Assembly (NCBI GenBank): GCA_035084275.1
Contig: CM068760.1
Span: 7,998,001-8,062,000, forward strand
Origin: Hydrolagus colliei
Lineage: Eukaryota
Reading direction: 5' to 3'
Length of the DNA: 64,000 nt
Part shown: positions 37,267 through 51,113 of the stretch, piece after piece
Position numbering within the stretch: position 1 is the stretch's first letter
Layout of the letters: every line of letters starts with the position of its first letter
Translations under genes and position numbers: made by a program
The notes under the pieces: model-generated
Database searches by the model: none
Told to the model about the DNA's origin: nothing
Seen by the model: the letters and a program-made list of their open reading frames with translations, nothing else

Positions 37267-40200
37267 TAAACCTTTCAGAGAACATAAAGATAAAAGTCAT
37301 ATTTTAATGTAATCTTCCAGGTATAAAGCCAAGTCCATAACAAGTCAATACTGCTGAAGCATAGTGTAGAGATAGCAGATTAAAAATATTTTAAAAAAGT
37401 GATAGCCCTTTACATTATTGATAACAACATTGTACATTTATATAGCGCCCCTCAAGCAGGATAACTCGATAAGGTTAAATAGCACACAAATAAATGGTAG
37501 GTATGTTACAGAGTACCACAGATCAGAGCAGTGCTAGACTTATTCCTTGTTCTATGTTCAATACTGCTGGGAAGAGGCTTCACTTTCTCTGGGCCCCCAA
37601 AAATAAATAATGTGTAATTCTGTATCGATTGCTATATGGTGTTCCTGTTATAAAACAAAAGCATGTGTTTGCGTGAGTTAAGCACAGGATCAGGCTTGGC
37701 TTTGATGCCATCCATAATGAAGTAGTCTGCCAATATGTACAAGGGATAACAACTGGGATGAAATGCTGGACGATTACTGACCCCAGATAAACTATGCCAA
37801 CTGGTCTGCACATTTCAAGCGGGCAAATTGGGAGGTTTGGGAAAGAGGATGCAATTTTTTTTTAATGATGTGTGTGTTAATCCGGAACTACTTAATTTAA
37901 TTTTAAATAAAATTGCTGCAGTTTCACACATTTACTCTCTTGAGGCTAAACGCATTTATTATGGATATTATTTATTTATATTTTCTAAAGTCTCTTTAAG
38001 ACTTGAACCAAACAATGGCTATGGATGAAATGCAACTCATCGTGATTTAATCCAGCTCTTTCCAATGGTAAACTATGCATTTGTCACTATGTTCACATAT
38101 TGTGATTCTCTGATGTTTCCAACTCTTGGCAAATCTATTGCACTGGAGCATTGTAGGTTGTATTGCACCTTAGGTTAGGAGGGGAGAGAGAATTACAGCC
38201 TGAGGCTGGCTCTTTATACAGATACAAATAAAGCTTTACTTTTAATACATTGTAGTAAATTGTAGAGTTCATGCCTTTTTCAATTGTTCAATAACTCACT
38301 TATGTGTACGTTAAGATCACAGCCATCAACCTGTACAGTGCTTTGTCCACTGAGAACAAAGCTACCTCAATGGCAAGGATTATTATAACTCAACACTTTA
38401 CCCACTACTTGTTAAGGTAGTAAGTTTTTGAAAACAGTAACTTTGAGTAATCCTCTTGCAATAAAATGACATTGTAAAGAGTTACAGCGTACTGTATCTT
38501 AGATCTTAGAATTTTGGCAGAGTATTTGTTTCATGTATGAGCAGTTATCACGGGTGGGGGAGTTGGGTGTTATGATTTTCTTTCTCATGGATATCTATAA
38601 ATCTGCTGTGTGCAATTGGCTGCCGTGTTTTACCCACAAAATATATACGGTCAGTTCATTTTACAGTATATTCTGTGAATTATTTTGGGACGTCTCAAGT
38701 GCAAGGATTATTATTATTAGGAAACCCATCATGTCTGTCTGGTTTGTAATTTTATTTTTATTATCTCCACTTCTGCATTATACCTCCTGTTTTGCAGCAT
38801 TTGCGGTGACTTGAATAATTAGACCCGACTGTGCATCGATCCTCCATGGGTAGGAGAAGCCACAAAGTAGCTCTGTGAAACTCGAACCATTAGATGTGAT
38901 TTCCTCAGTGCCATGTAATTCTTGGGAATGTGGCTCGGGTCGCGCTGTTTCCCACTTTGATGTGCCTGTGAGAATGTGGAAGAGCGACAGCTTCTGTGAA
39001 GATACTCCCATTAAAAAAGGAAATGTTATCAATTATCAACTCAAAGTAAGAGTTAGGATAATTTCACCCGGGGGACCGTGGAGCATGAGTCTTGTAATAC
39101 TGACTTAAATCTCTTATCACTGGAACTAATGGACTAGCACAATCCATCTGAGTTCCAAGAAACGGGACCTTGTAAGGTGGTTCGGAATTCATTCTGTATG
39201 TCCCAAGTGGAAAGGCCTTTGGCATCTGGTGGAGGGTCTGCTTCTCCAGCTTGTTTAGCAAGACGGCACTAACATCATTCACTGCTAACAAAGGTCAAAG
39301 GGAAAAGTTCATGTCTTTGCCTAAGAGCCCATTTAATCCTGATTGACAGGCCTTTCATCATCAGCATGTGGTTAGGCTGCAGTTATATTGAGCTGTAGAA
39401 TAGATTTATCAGGCTCTGTTGATCCGGCTGTCCAGTGAATGTCACGTATTTATTAGTTCTCGAGTACTCTCAGTTTATAATATTTTGGTTTATTGCCACT
39501 TTGGCCGTATTTAATTGAATGTGTTATTGAAATGGTTAATGATTGCCCTTGTCCTTCAATAGCAATCGAGAGAAAGATATCCTCATATAGTTTATCCAGC
39601 AAGGATCACTGTGTACTGTACCTTTTGTTTAGCTTTAGTTATTTCCAATATTACTGACTAAATTCTAAATAATTATTTTAACGTTTGTAGTAAAGATAAC
39701 GGTGTGAGTTCTCCATTTGTTCTCTCGATCTTTTACAAAGTTGTCTCGAAGGTTTCCTTAATTAAACGCAGCAGTTTGGAAATTCCTACAGCATTGTGCA
39801 ATTCTCTCTTAAGCCTGACTAAAGTTACTTTTCCCATTGAGCCGACTCGGACATGAAATGAATTCTTCTTTTGTTGCCTTTATCAGGATATCAGGTATTG
39901 TAAAACCCTCGGCTTCTAATCGGATAAAAAGTTGTGAAAAATCACTGTCGGATAATTCATTGTGTTTACTTTTCCTTATCACATGTTTAAAGACCCGCTG
40001 AGGCGAGCGTGAAAGGTCACCACCCTTTCAACTAGCCACTAAATAGAAAAGGCACTGGTCATTTCTATGAGGATTGTCACAGCCAGCAATGAAAGATGAA
40101 ATGGTTAACATAGTAAATGTGCTGCTGAGTTTTTTGTTAAAAAGTCAGAAAGTTACAGGAAAGAAATAAAATAAGTTCAGTATTTAAAGCTTTGCGGAGA

Positions 40201-42519
40201 ATGCGTCCTTATTTCTCTCTTTAGTCCATGATTGTTTGATCGCCTGTTATATACAACCAACCAACTGCACCTTCTCAATCTTTCCCTATACATACATTCT
40301 AAACTATCACCTGTAACGTGCATAAATTCCTAGAATAAATGATGGGAAGTTTTAGTTTCTTCAGAGCTAACATTGTCAGTTCCACATCTTGATGTGTCGA
40401 TCTGCGCTGAACCGCAAGTTGGGAATAGAAGGGAATGCAGGTCCATAATAAATATTATTGAATTGTATGATGCCCAGCAATTCTAACTGGAAACATTTTA
40501 AACTGTGCTCAGTTTATTGGCAGGATTTTGACTGGAATGCTGGAAATGATGTGCTCTTGAGAATTCCTGGAGAAACATTGAAGTCCACTTCTGGAAAAGG
40601 GTTCATATTGTAACATTTCCTTTGGTTTGAGGTAAAGTGATACCGAAAAGATCCAACAAATAATGAATGGGTACTGGGAAAGACCTAAGACGTTGTATCC
40701 ACAAATTTTCCTCATGAACTCAAGTCTGGCTGATGGCTGAAACGCCTTTAAAAGTCACAGCACATATGGAACAGACCAATCAAGTATGAATAAAACTCTA
40801 AACTCGCTTAGAATTTGATGTGAGTTAATAGCAAATGGCTTGTAAATCCTCAAAATTAGCTCTTAACTGTGAAAAGCATATTAATGATTACAATCTATAG
40901 AAAATGAATGGTTTTATTTACTTTTGGTTTCATCATAAACATGCTCACAAACAGCCTATTGACATTTTGAGGTTTGCCTGCTTTTGGAATTAGGACAAAA
41001 ATCATAGTTTTCATGGACATTTGTTGCTGCTGGCAATTTACCAGGATAGAATGTAACAAATGAGCAAGCAAGGCATCCGATTCGACTGAAATATTTTGCT
41101 TTCATTAATTAAATTGTTCTCTTCTTGTATGAAAACGTAGAGCTCTTACTGTGTGATGGGCTGCTCAGACGCACTTCGTTCCCAGACTGACCTGAGGTCT
41201 CAGACATTCCGAGCAGTTTCATCAGCAGAAATAACGAAAGTGGGTGCTGTTGTACCTCTCAGTCACAAGGAAAACATTTGTCATAGGTACTGACGTTAGT
41301 GGATACTTGGCAATTTGCATTGTGTATAATGGGGAGAGGATTAGTGACATTACCCACAAATATATACCATCAATTCACTTTACAGTATATTCTGTGAAGC
41401 ACTTTGAGACGTCTAGAATACGTGAAAAGCCATATCAAATGGAAGGATTATTATTAGTACAGTATTGTTATTATTACCCACAGAAGCCTGCAAACATTCA
41501 ATGATACCATTGGAACTTCACAACTTTCCAAACTCAGCAAGGATTCAATGCTACTCATGGAAACAGTTGCGGAATCCCGTAACCAATTTTTAGTAGTGTT
41601 ATAGAGCTATAGATTTTCTCCCATCTGTCTTTCCTGAAGGTGGTGGTGATGCTCCATCCTGCATTTCCCCAGCACATGTGTTTGCCTGGGTAATGAGGGT
41701 CACAATGCTATTCTGGTGTGCAGGTCACCAGAGTCAACACGCACAAACTCTCTTCCATCAAAGATCTCAACACTTTCACCTTCCGTTCCTGTCTCGAGGT
41801 GAGATCCGCTAACTGAGACACCAAGGACTTCAAGGAGTGTGTAATTCAGTGCTGTCGTATGTAAAGCATTTACTCAACAAGACACCGGGGAGCTGCACAG
41901 CCCTTAATGGTCATATTGTTGGTTCAGTCCTAAATCTTCATTTGGTTCAAGTGTTTTTGGTGATTATGTCTCATGTCAAATGGGCTTTGTATCATCCATA
42001 AGGAAGTTATACATTTTCTTTGTTTGAAAAATAATGTGTGCGGCTGAAAACTGTTTTGAGGTTTGCGGATATAAATATCCGTGAAGTGGAAATATCCTGC
42101 AACTATCTACTATCTGTATTTTCTTTAACTAAATGGTAATTAGTTGGCCTCACCGGTAAATTAAAAACTCATGTGCTTCCAGTTCTAAATGCTCTCAGGA
42201 TTTTCGGTAATTAAATTTGACTTTTTCTATTCCTGAGAGACAGTGAGGTATTTAGGAGTTTCAAGCTCAAACTGTTATCTGAGGTTGGGACCAAATCCAG
42301 CTCAAAGGGGAACACTTTTGAAGGATTTGGAGAGAAAAAACCTTCAGAAAAAGCTAATGTCAGGGCACTTTGAGAGCTTTAAGTTGACGTCAATAAATAT
42401 TAGGAAAACTAGGTTTTGCTAGTTATCTTTGTTTTAGAGGTAATTCAGTGCAGTATTTGTTTAATGCCAATAACTAATGATATTTGCTTTACCATCACAA
42501 TCTATGTTTCCCCAGATTT

Positions 42520-42830
42520 GGAGTCCTGTAGCTCAGTGGTTAGAGCACTTGCCTTACAAGCAAAAGGCCTGGGTTCAGTTCCAGGCAGGGCGAAACCTTG
42601 GGCAACTTTCCTGACTCCACACGGCTAACAATAATCCCTCAAAAACCCCCAATAATAAATGGGTTATTTCAATCCACGACTGTTTTGGGGACATTGCTGT
42701 GCACAATTGGCTACCTCGTTTCGCCCACAAATATACAGTTAATTTACTTTACAGTATATTCTATGAAGCGCTTTGAGACGTCTAGAAGACTTGAAAGGAA
42801 CTATATCGAATGCAGGGATTATTATTATTT
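42520..42830 (+). mobile_element. Full-length tRNA-derived SINE
   Basis: ggagtcctgtagctcagtggttagagc (A box), gggttcagttcc (B box), body, hairpin tail, (ATT)n. Confidence 0.92.
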
Positions 42831-44901
42831 GATTTAGTTGCCTGCCTGACTGTCATTACAAAAATGACAAGTGAATTAACTCCAGAACAAAACAAATGTC
42901 TTACTATTTCCAGGAGGATAAACCTCTTTGCTAACGCTATTTTTGTTCTATTAGAAGTTTAAATATGTTTTTTTTTACTATTTTTATTACATTACAGGTC
43001 CGGTAAATTGACCCTAAATACATACAATGCCTTTTTGGAGAGATATAATCTTGCCACTTGTCATCTCATGATCCACAGAGTTCAGCTAATAATAATGGAG
43101 TGATTGCCTGCTGGGTATAATAATCATTTATCATGCTTTAAGCTAAATATTTGATCTTCTTTATCTTTTTCAGATTACGGTTGATTCAAACTCCTCCGCT
43201 AGGGGATAGAGTGTTTTTTTTTCCCCCCATACCTGTAATATGTAGTTTACAGTAATGGTTATTTTCTGCACACTTGGCTCGTAAAACTGTCATCATCTTC
43301 CATTTCATGAGTGACCAGCCTGTGTTTGTGTTATCTGTGGGTAACTCCCAGGACGATCTCTGCATTGTATGACCTGTACCAGATGTACAATATACAGTAG
43401 CTTCTCAATATCATTATCAAAATGACGACAATTTTCATGCTGAGAGTAGAAGGAAAAAGTGTTCCAAAGTATCTATGATTTGAGCTAGCAAATGGACAAC
43501 GAATGATTAGATCTATTTTCAGAAATTAGTTGCGTATTTCTGGCCGATTAGCTCTAAGAGGCATCTGACCATCTTTGTTTTTTTTTGTACGTTTGAATCT
43601 GGCACTTTACACCCAGCGCGTGCCGTGTCCTGCACCTTCTGTGAGGGAATAACCGTTACGCTTAAAGCAGAATAATCCGCCTTTTCTAATTGCGCACAAT
43701 GTTTTCATTTTGTAAAATAACTCTGCAAGTATGTTTTTTTCCACATCAGCAGTTGACCTCCAGAGATTACGATGTGGCATTTCCAATGATTATCCACGGT
43801 TAATTCTCTGCCTTGTTTTTCTGAGAGTCGAGCAAAACATTGCAGCATTCTTGAATTTGACTATCAGAAAAATAACTGAGGGTGAAGCGCTAGTCTGCTG
43901 CTGCCAAACTGCTGCTTGTGATTAAGAATGCCATCCCAGAGGTTTTAGTGACGGATATGTCCTGCTGGGTTTTGGCGCTCAATGCAACACTCGCAGGCTA
44001 CAAAACGCAAAGATGGCTTTGCAAACACAACCCGTTTAGTGAAGCTGTCGCCAACCTGAACGCTTTTTGTGTACTGCCAAAAAAAACTCGAGATGACTAA
44101 TGTTTGTTCATTAGTTTCTGTTGTGGTGCAAATTATGAAACGGCCAAGTCTTTAGGCTATAAAACATTCAAGAGGGGAAAGCAAATCCAAATGGGGGGGG
44201 GGTGGGGGGGGGGTGCTTGAAAGTTTGTTTTGGTGAAATGATACAGTCTCACAAAGTCAGCAATGTTTAATACAGGGTAACTAACCAAAGTGCCAACTCT
44301 CTTAGATTTGTGCTTTAATTCACTCTATTGAATAGTACTTATTGCTAGATGCAGTAGTTTTTCCAATTCTCTTCTAAAACGGCACGGCACCCTTTTCATG
44401 TTTCACCATATTCAGAATGACATTAAAGTGTGTTGGAAGTGTGAGTCTCACAAGTGTGAGACGCTATTCGATAGTAAAATATTGAGACCCTGTTCGATAA
44501 TGGTGTGCTACACATACAGTACTGAGAAACCTGGTGATTTTAGACCAATTTTACTTTTTTGGAGGGGATCTTCTCCTTTTCCTTTTGTGGTGGATGTGGG
44601 ATTGGGAGGAATTAATGGGCACCAGTCATCTATCTATCTTTGCCAAGAGTCCATTATTCAAATGCAAGTCTTCATCATCAGGCTGCTTAACATGGAGGAG
44701 CACTGCAACAGATTATGATCCTGTCCGTACACACAAACAACAACAACAAAATTACATTTATAGAGCGCCTTTCATGTCGGGAGGATGCCCCAAGGTGCTG
44801 AACGGTTAGCTCAGGACCCTTCCGGAAGAGATATTCGGATGGTATATCAAGTGCGGCTACTGTGTCCAATACATTCCGTGGAGCGTCTTATATTTGATGT
44901 A

Positions 44902-45643
44902 CAGTAGAAGCCCGTTTATCTGTGACTCAATGCACCGGCACTTCCGTATAACTGGCACGCCCCCCCAAAAAGGCCCATTCAATAAACCGGAACTTATCCG
45001 GAATAATAGCAGTGGAGCATTTGTAAATGCATAAATAATAACATAATAACAGAATATTGCATTGGTACTTATTGTTAAAACTACTCTCTTGCGCTTTTTA
45101 CCTTTGCTGGTAGATGCTGTGCTTGAAGCCATGATGCTGCGTTTGAGGTTTATAGTCCAGCGATTATTTTTTAAATGGAGCACGCCAAGCAGGGTTAAAA
45201 AAAACGGAGCGCGATTTTAAAGCCATACTAGCGGTAAGCCAATAACGCTAGCAAAAACTCACATTGTCGAGCAGGTGCAGTATTTTGGTTTGCCGTTAGT
45301 AAATCTAGGGCTTCGGCTTGCAGCTAGTAGAGTCGCGCAACTTTAAAATCGCGCTGCCGTTTTTTTCACCCACTTTGCGTCCTCCATTTAAAAAAGAATC
45401 GTTGGACTGTAAACCTCAAATCAGTAAAGGTGAGAAGCGCAAGAGAGTAGTTTTAACAATAAGTACCAATATAATATTCTGTTATTATCTGTTATTACTT
45501 AGTCTGGTGTGTATAGTGTGTGTGTAAAAAGAACTTAAATTTTTTTATAGTGAGTTTACGGCCGCGGGCCGCCTGAATATCCGGCCGGCGCTTTAACCGG
45601 CATAGTCCAGATCCCGCGGTGCCGGATAAACGGGCTTCTACTG
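44902..45643. mobile_element. Non-autonomous Tc1/mariner-superfamily (pogo/Tigger-like) MITE
   Basis: Perfect 19-bp TIRs CAGTAGAAGCCCGTTTATC / GATAAACGGGCTTCTACTG; TA target duplications at 44900-44901 and 45644-45645; long internal inverted arms. Confidence 0.92.
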
Positions 45644-47329
45644 TATTTGGTTTAGACTTGTCAGGGTGCTTTGATATGGCATCTTCTACACTATTTAATG
45701 AAGAGTGCCAACCTTCTAAGTCCCTTTTCCCGTGCAATATGAGATAACTTGCCTGCATTTATTGTTAAATTCTATCTTGTGGCCCAGGTGAGAACTACTG
45801 ATGGCGTTGACTCGTGATATCTGGACGGTAATCAGGGCAATCCCTGGACCCAGTCCCGAAAGGCAGGTCCTCTGTTGCCAGGCTCTGTTCACAAAACAGC
45901 CAAGTAAATACTGGTTGGCAGAGTAGTTTTATTTATTGCAATACTTAGGTGCTAGGAAAGACATTGACTTCTCTGAGCTACAAGTCTTTTCACTGCTGTG
46001 CAGTAGCCCACCAATCGAGTTTTATACAGGTTCTTAGCCAGACCGACCACAGTGGAGTGTCATCTTAAAGGAAGGGAATAGAGATGCAATTCATCTTTAT
46101 TTTTTTTCTTGCTGGTAGTTTTGATTGAAACTAGGTAAAAGTTCATTTAAAATGGAATAAGATAAGTACGAGACTCCTCGGTTGAATGGTATTGGTACCT
46201 ATTCCCGTTTAATATGAACCTGCCGCAAGAATAAATTGCTACGGGGGAGGTGAAGCATTTCATTAACCCTTTAAATACTCGTCTCCCTTCCAGTAATTCG
46301 GGCCGTTGTGCCGTTTTCGTGACATCTATGTTCTTTGGCTACCAAATGTTAGTGCTCAATATTCGAATGCAGTGGAAAAAGTCAATTGGCTATTGTAAGC
46401 AGTCACTACATTTGGAAGCGTTGAAAGATTGTTCTGAGAGAAGCTACCAGTAAGTTTTCCTGTAAGTTTCCACATACCTCGTCTCTATAAGTACAGTATA
46501 AGCAAATCCAATCTCGGGTAGCTGCCGCGTTGACACAGTACAATTGTAGTAAATGTAACTAAAATTAGACTCTTGAACCCTGATTTCATTGTCTGGAAGT
46601 TAAAAAGACTCTTGGGATTTGATTCTGTAATTCAAGCTTTTAATGGACATATACCGTAATTCATGTCACATTTGCTTACGCTACAGCATTTAAATTCTGG
46701 TGTGTAGATTTCAACTTCAGTACAAAACAGGTGCAAGTCTTCCAAACTTGGACCAGGGTATATATAGTTCTGTGCTTTATTTCCCCCCAACCCAGTTGGA
46801 TTATTGTTTTTTTGGGAACATGAGTTTGAGTGCCAAGTCTCATTTATTGTAATCTACAGTGCAAACTTCATTGTTTCACTCTGACCCTCAAGTGATTTTT
46901 CAACCTGCATCCCTTGCAAATGTTGGATAGCCTTTTTTACACCAGCAAAAGTAGGGATTATCTTTAATTCTAACGTTTGCACGAATAGTAAATGTGTTTG
47001 CGACAAAATAATTGAGTTAGACAAAGGTATCGATCAACCAAACAGTTTAAAACTTCAGTCTGGTTAACTTGGCATTTTTCTTCAGCTCAGTTTTAGCTTC
47101 GAGCTTTTGTAGAGTCATTTCTGTAGCAAGCCTGTTATACAATTGCCTTGTACGATCTGAACTCATAAAACATTAGTGTGGAACAGTATGTGAACATCAG
47201 AATATAACCTTTCATTTTGGGGTGATTTTGGACTTTGTAGCGATGCTGAGTTCCTATTTGTGATGTTCTGGCGGTGCTTTTAAACATTGAACCATTACCC
47301 TTCCTCCCTCTCCTGTTCCATTGTTTATA

Positions 47330-47655
47330 CAACTGGCTGCTACGTTTCACCCCTAAAAAAATACACATTCAATCCACTTTACAATCTATTCTTTGGGTTC
47401 GATTCCCGGCAGGATGATACCTTGGGCAATTTTCTTTACCCCATTTCTTTACCCGATAATAATCCCGCACCTAAAAAATGTAATAAATTGATCACTTCAA
47501 TTCACGACTGTTTGTGGGACACTGCTGTGCGCAATTGGCTGCCGCATTTCGCCCACAAATGTACAGTTATTTAACTTTACAGTATATTCTGTGAAGAGCT
47601 TTGCAATCTCTGGAAGACGTGAAAAGCGCTATATCAAATGCAATGATTATTATAC
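47330..47655 (+). mobile_element. SINE (partial head through tail) plus adjacent fragments
   Basis: gggttcgattcccggcagg...ccttgggcaa...gactgtttgtgggacactgctgtgcgcaattggctgcc. Confidence 0.88.
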
Positions 47656-47844
47656 TTAATTCTGTGAAGTACTTTGAGATGTCCCAATACGTGATAAGGT
47701 GCTGCATCAAAATCAAGGATTATCATTCTCTTGAAATATAAATGTAAGTGCTGGAGAGGTGCTAATGATCTTAAATGTAGTCAAATTATAACTATTTCAC
47801 AGATTATGGTATCCTGTGATTATGGTAACCTGAGAAGTATTGGT

Positions 47845-48166
47845 AAATCCTATAGCTCAGTGGTTAGAGCACTTGCCTTATAAGTGTGAGACCTATGTTC
47901 GAATCCAGGCAGATCAGGGCAAAACCTTGGGCAAGTTTCCTTACTCCACACGCCTAATAATAATCCGTCCAAAACAAAGCATAATAAAAGAATTGGTCAT
48001 TTCAATCCACAACTGTTTGTGGGACACTGCTGTGCGCAATTGGCTGCCGCATTTCACCCACAAATATACAGTCAATTCACTTTACAGTATATTCTGTGAA
48101 GCGCTTTGAGATGTCGATAAGATGTGAAAAGCGCTATATCAAATGCAAGGATTATTATATTATTAT
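47845..48166 (+). mobile_element. Full-length tRNA-derived SINE, close to consensus
   Basis: All modules intact. Confidence 0.92.
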
Positions 48167-48200
48167 AAATCTGCTGATGATGATGCAGTTGGGACTGCCC

Positions 48201-48399
48201 TCAATCAATCGGTCGATCGATCAATCAATCAAAACTTACATTTATATAGCGCCTTTCATGGCGAGGGGACGTCTCAAGGCGCTGTACAGTCAGATAGGGA
48301 CAAGAGCAGGGGGGGAGGGGTCGGGGCAGGATGAAGGAGAGTAGGAGAATTTACTATATTTGTGGCAAAACGCGGTAGCCAAATTGCGCACAGTGGTGC
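48201..48399 (-). mobile_element. 5'-truncated (GATT)n-tailed SINE variant
   Basis: caatcaatcaaaacttacatttatatagcgcctttc...gggacaagagcagggg...ccaaattgcgcacag; same type as 20137-20316. Confidence 0.85.
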
Positions 48400-49247
48400 A
48401 AATTGCGCACCACTGTGCGCAATGCCCTGCTGGTTAGTTAGGGCTTTGTGTGCCAGGGCTCAGGGCACACACATCCAAGGCTCATTGATGAGGTTGGTCA
48501 ACCACTGACAATGCCTTGGATCAATGTAGACATCCCTAATGTTTCTCAGGGCCAATTCCACCCCAGCTGGACTCCACTTCCATTTCTCTCTCTCCCCTCC
48601 ACGACCCACCCACCCACCCCTCCATTGATCCCAACAAACTACTGGAGAGCTATCAGACTTAAAGGACAATAGATATTTAATTGTGGTGCTCATTGCTGAA
48701 ATGCTGCTGTAATCCAACAACAACTTGCTGCCAACATAGCGCCCGTCACATGGGGTAGCGCCTTGCAGTGCTGGCCGCAGTAATCAGTGTAGCAAGATTC
48801 CTCTCTAATCCTTACTTCTTTTAGGAATTAAATTGAAATGAAGAGAAGAAGAAAATTATTTTGAACCTTCACCTTTTTCCCTATAAAATGAGATGTACTG
48901 TACAATTGACAACTCAATGTCATCACCTCCTGGTGATCTGTTCTGTAGCAAGAACTCAGTATGGACTGACCAGCCTTTCCTTTCTCCCTCTATTTAATTT
49001 GGGCTTCAAGAGTGTTGAAATAGTTGAATAAATACCAATTTGAGGCTGTGGACACATCATCTGAGATCTTCACTTCAGCTCCTGAAAATGCATTGGATTG
49101 TTTTCATTAAAGACAGCCAACCTTATACTAGCCTCATTGGCTACATTTAACTCCTTTCACCAAATGTGTTTTGCTTAATCGTTAATTGGATTTGCTGGCA
49201 AATCATTTGGTGACATTAATAGGAGGGTTATTAAGGCATTTTTCTTC

Positions 49248-49520
49248 ATAATAATAATAATCCTTGCAGTTGATATAGTACTTTTCACATCATCTGGATG
49301 TCTTCAAGATGCATTTTTGTGGGTGAAACGCAGCAGCCAATTGCTCACAGCAGTGTCCCCACAAACAGTCCAGTGACCAAATTATGATATTTTTCTTGAG
49401 GGATTATTATCAAGTGTGTGGAGTATGGAAACTTGCTCAAGGTTTCGCCCTGGCTGGAATCAAATCTAGGTCTCTCGCTTGTGAGGCAAGTGCTCTAAAC
49501 AGTGAGCTGCCGGGCTCCTC
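49248..49520 (-). mobile_element. SINE with internal deletions
   Basis: Tail, body and head motifs on the minus strand. Confidence 0.85.
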
Positions 49521-51113
49521 AAATAATGAGGTAGCAATAAGATTAATTTTACTAGTTTGTGACTTGCAATGTAATAACAGGGAAAGCAAGTCAAATAAAT
49601 CTAATTCAGGTTTGGTTTTGCAGATAGAAATGAGTTGCAGATTGCAGAAAGCAATTTTGAATTGGAGTGGAATTTCCAAGAACATTAAAGTATCTGACAT
49701 TCATTCTATTGTGATATCGCAAGTTTGCCATAGTTTATGAAAAAAAGGTTTTAAATCTCAGCCGCATTGACAGTCAGTGAATTGTTTTTGATCCTTTTCA
49801 TAGCAACCGATTGTAATTAAGTGTGCGTTTTTAATTGATGGCGTTGAGTGTTAGCTGCTGAAGCTAGTTACATTCGCTTGTTCCCTTTTGAAAAAGAAAA
49901 TGCCGTGTTACATTCAAACAGACGGGAGATTGACAAGATGCATCAAACTTGCTTTGAAAGAATGACAGTGTGTGAAATTGAAGAACTGTTTCTTTTGTAC
50001 AGGTTTCTGTTCCTGCCCATCATGCCTACCATGATTGAGTCCTGTTCAGAGCTGCTGAAAAGCTTTTATGTAAAGCTAAAGGCACATCTAACAGCCCAGA
50101 AAACCAAATATTTCGTTTTTTGTTTTACCAACTCAGCCATATCTTTTTTGTTCGGCTTGATTAAGTGACACTCAGCTTTTAGCTGTAAATAAAATGATAC
50201 GAAGAAGGGCTGCTAGGTTTAGTTTGTACCTGCTGTGTTCACCTTTCACTCACAAAGTACACAGTCACAAAGTTTGCAGTATAATCTGTGAAGCGCTGTG
50301 AGATGTCTCGATGACATGATAAGGGTCTGTATCAAAAGCAAGGAATTATTCTTATTATTATGTTCTTCAATGAGAACAGCAAATAAGTAACAGCAGCTGA
50401 TCCTGGCTAGAACAAACAGCAATATATTTGTGGTACCTCTTATCCACATCCTTTTATAATAATATTATTACTAATCCTTGCATTGGATATAGTGCCTTAT
50501 CACATCGTTGAGACTCATGAAGAAATTTTTTCAAAACAAAATCTGATATTCTTAGGGGGCAACTAATGACTTTGGGAAAATTAATTCCTGGTATTTATTT
50601 GTGTTTCATTAAATAAATCTCGCTCTGGACTTTTCAGACTTTGAATGTTCATTTGCTACGTGCCAGCACAAGCGTTGGTGGGCAATAAAATATTGTGCTG
50701 AATGCGTAAGAAGTAGCTTAATAAATGGGGTTATGCTGCCAGAAGCCAAAGGCCACTACTGTACTTTGTGTAATAATTTACAAAATAAGGCATGGTTGTA
50801 ACACAGGAGAATATTGTACACATTGCGTTTTACGTAATATAAACGTCTAGCTTTTTACAAAATATAGTAATCAACCTTGTATTTGATATAGTGGCTTTCA
50901 GATCAGGATGATGACTCAAAGCACTTCACAGGATTTATTGTAAACTAGTGATTGTTTACTTTTTGGCAAATTGATTAAAATGGAAGTAAAGGTTATGTTG
51001 GCAAAACAGTGCAGCTAATCTGTGCAAGCATGTATTTGATGACCTTGCTGGGCTAAAGGAAAAACAGTTTACGCATGAAAAACTTATAATTGGTTACTCT
51101 TTTAACCAACTCT

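Noticed and set aside
42520-42592. tRNA-like sequences with A and B boxes (also at 47845, 51114, 62057, 29148 and others)
   Set aside because: These are SINE heads, always followed by the same body; they are diverged and lack a clean cloverleaf and a Pol III terminator, so they are not tRNA genes.
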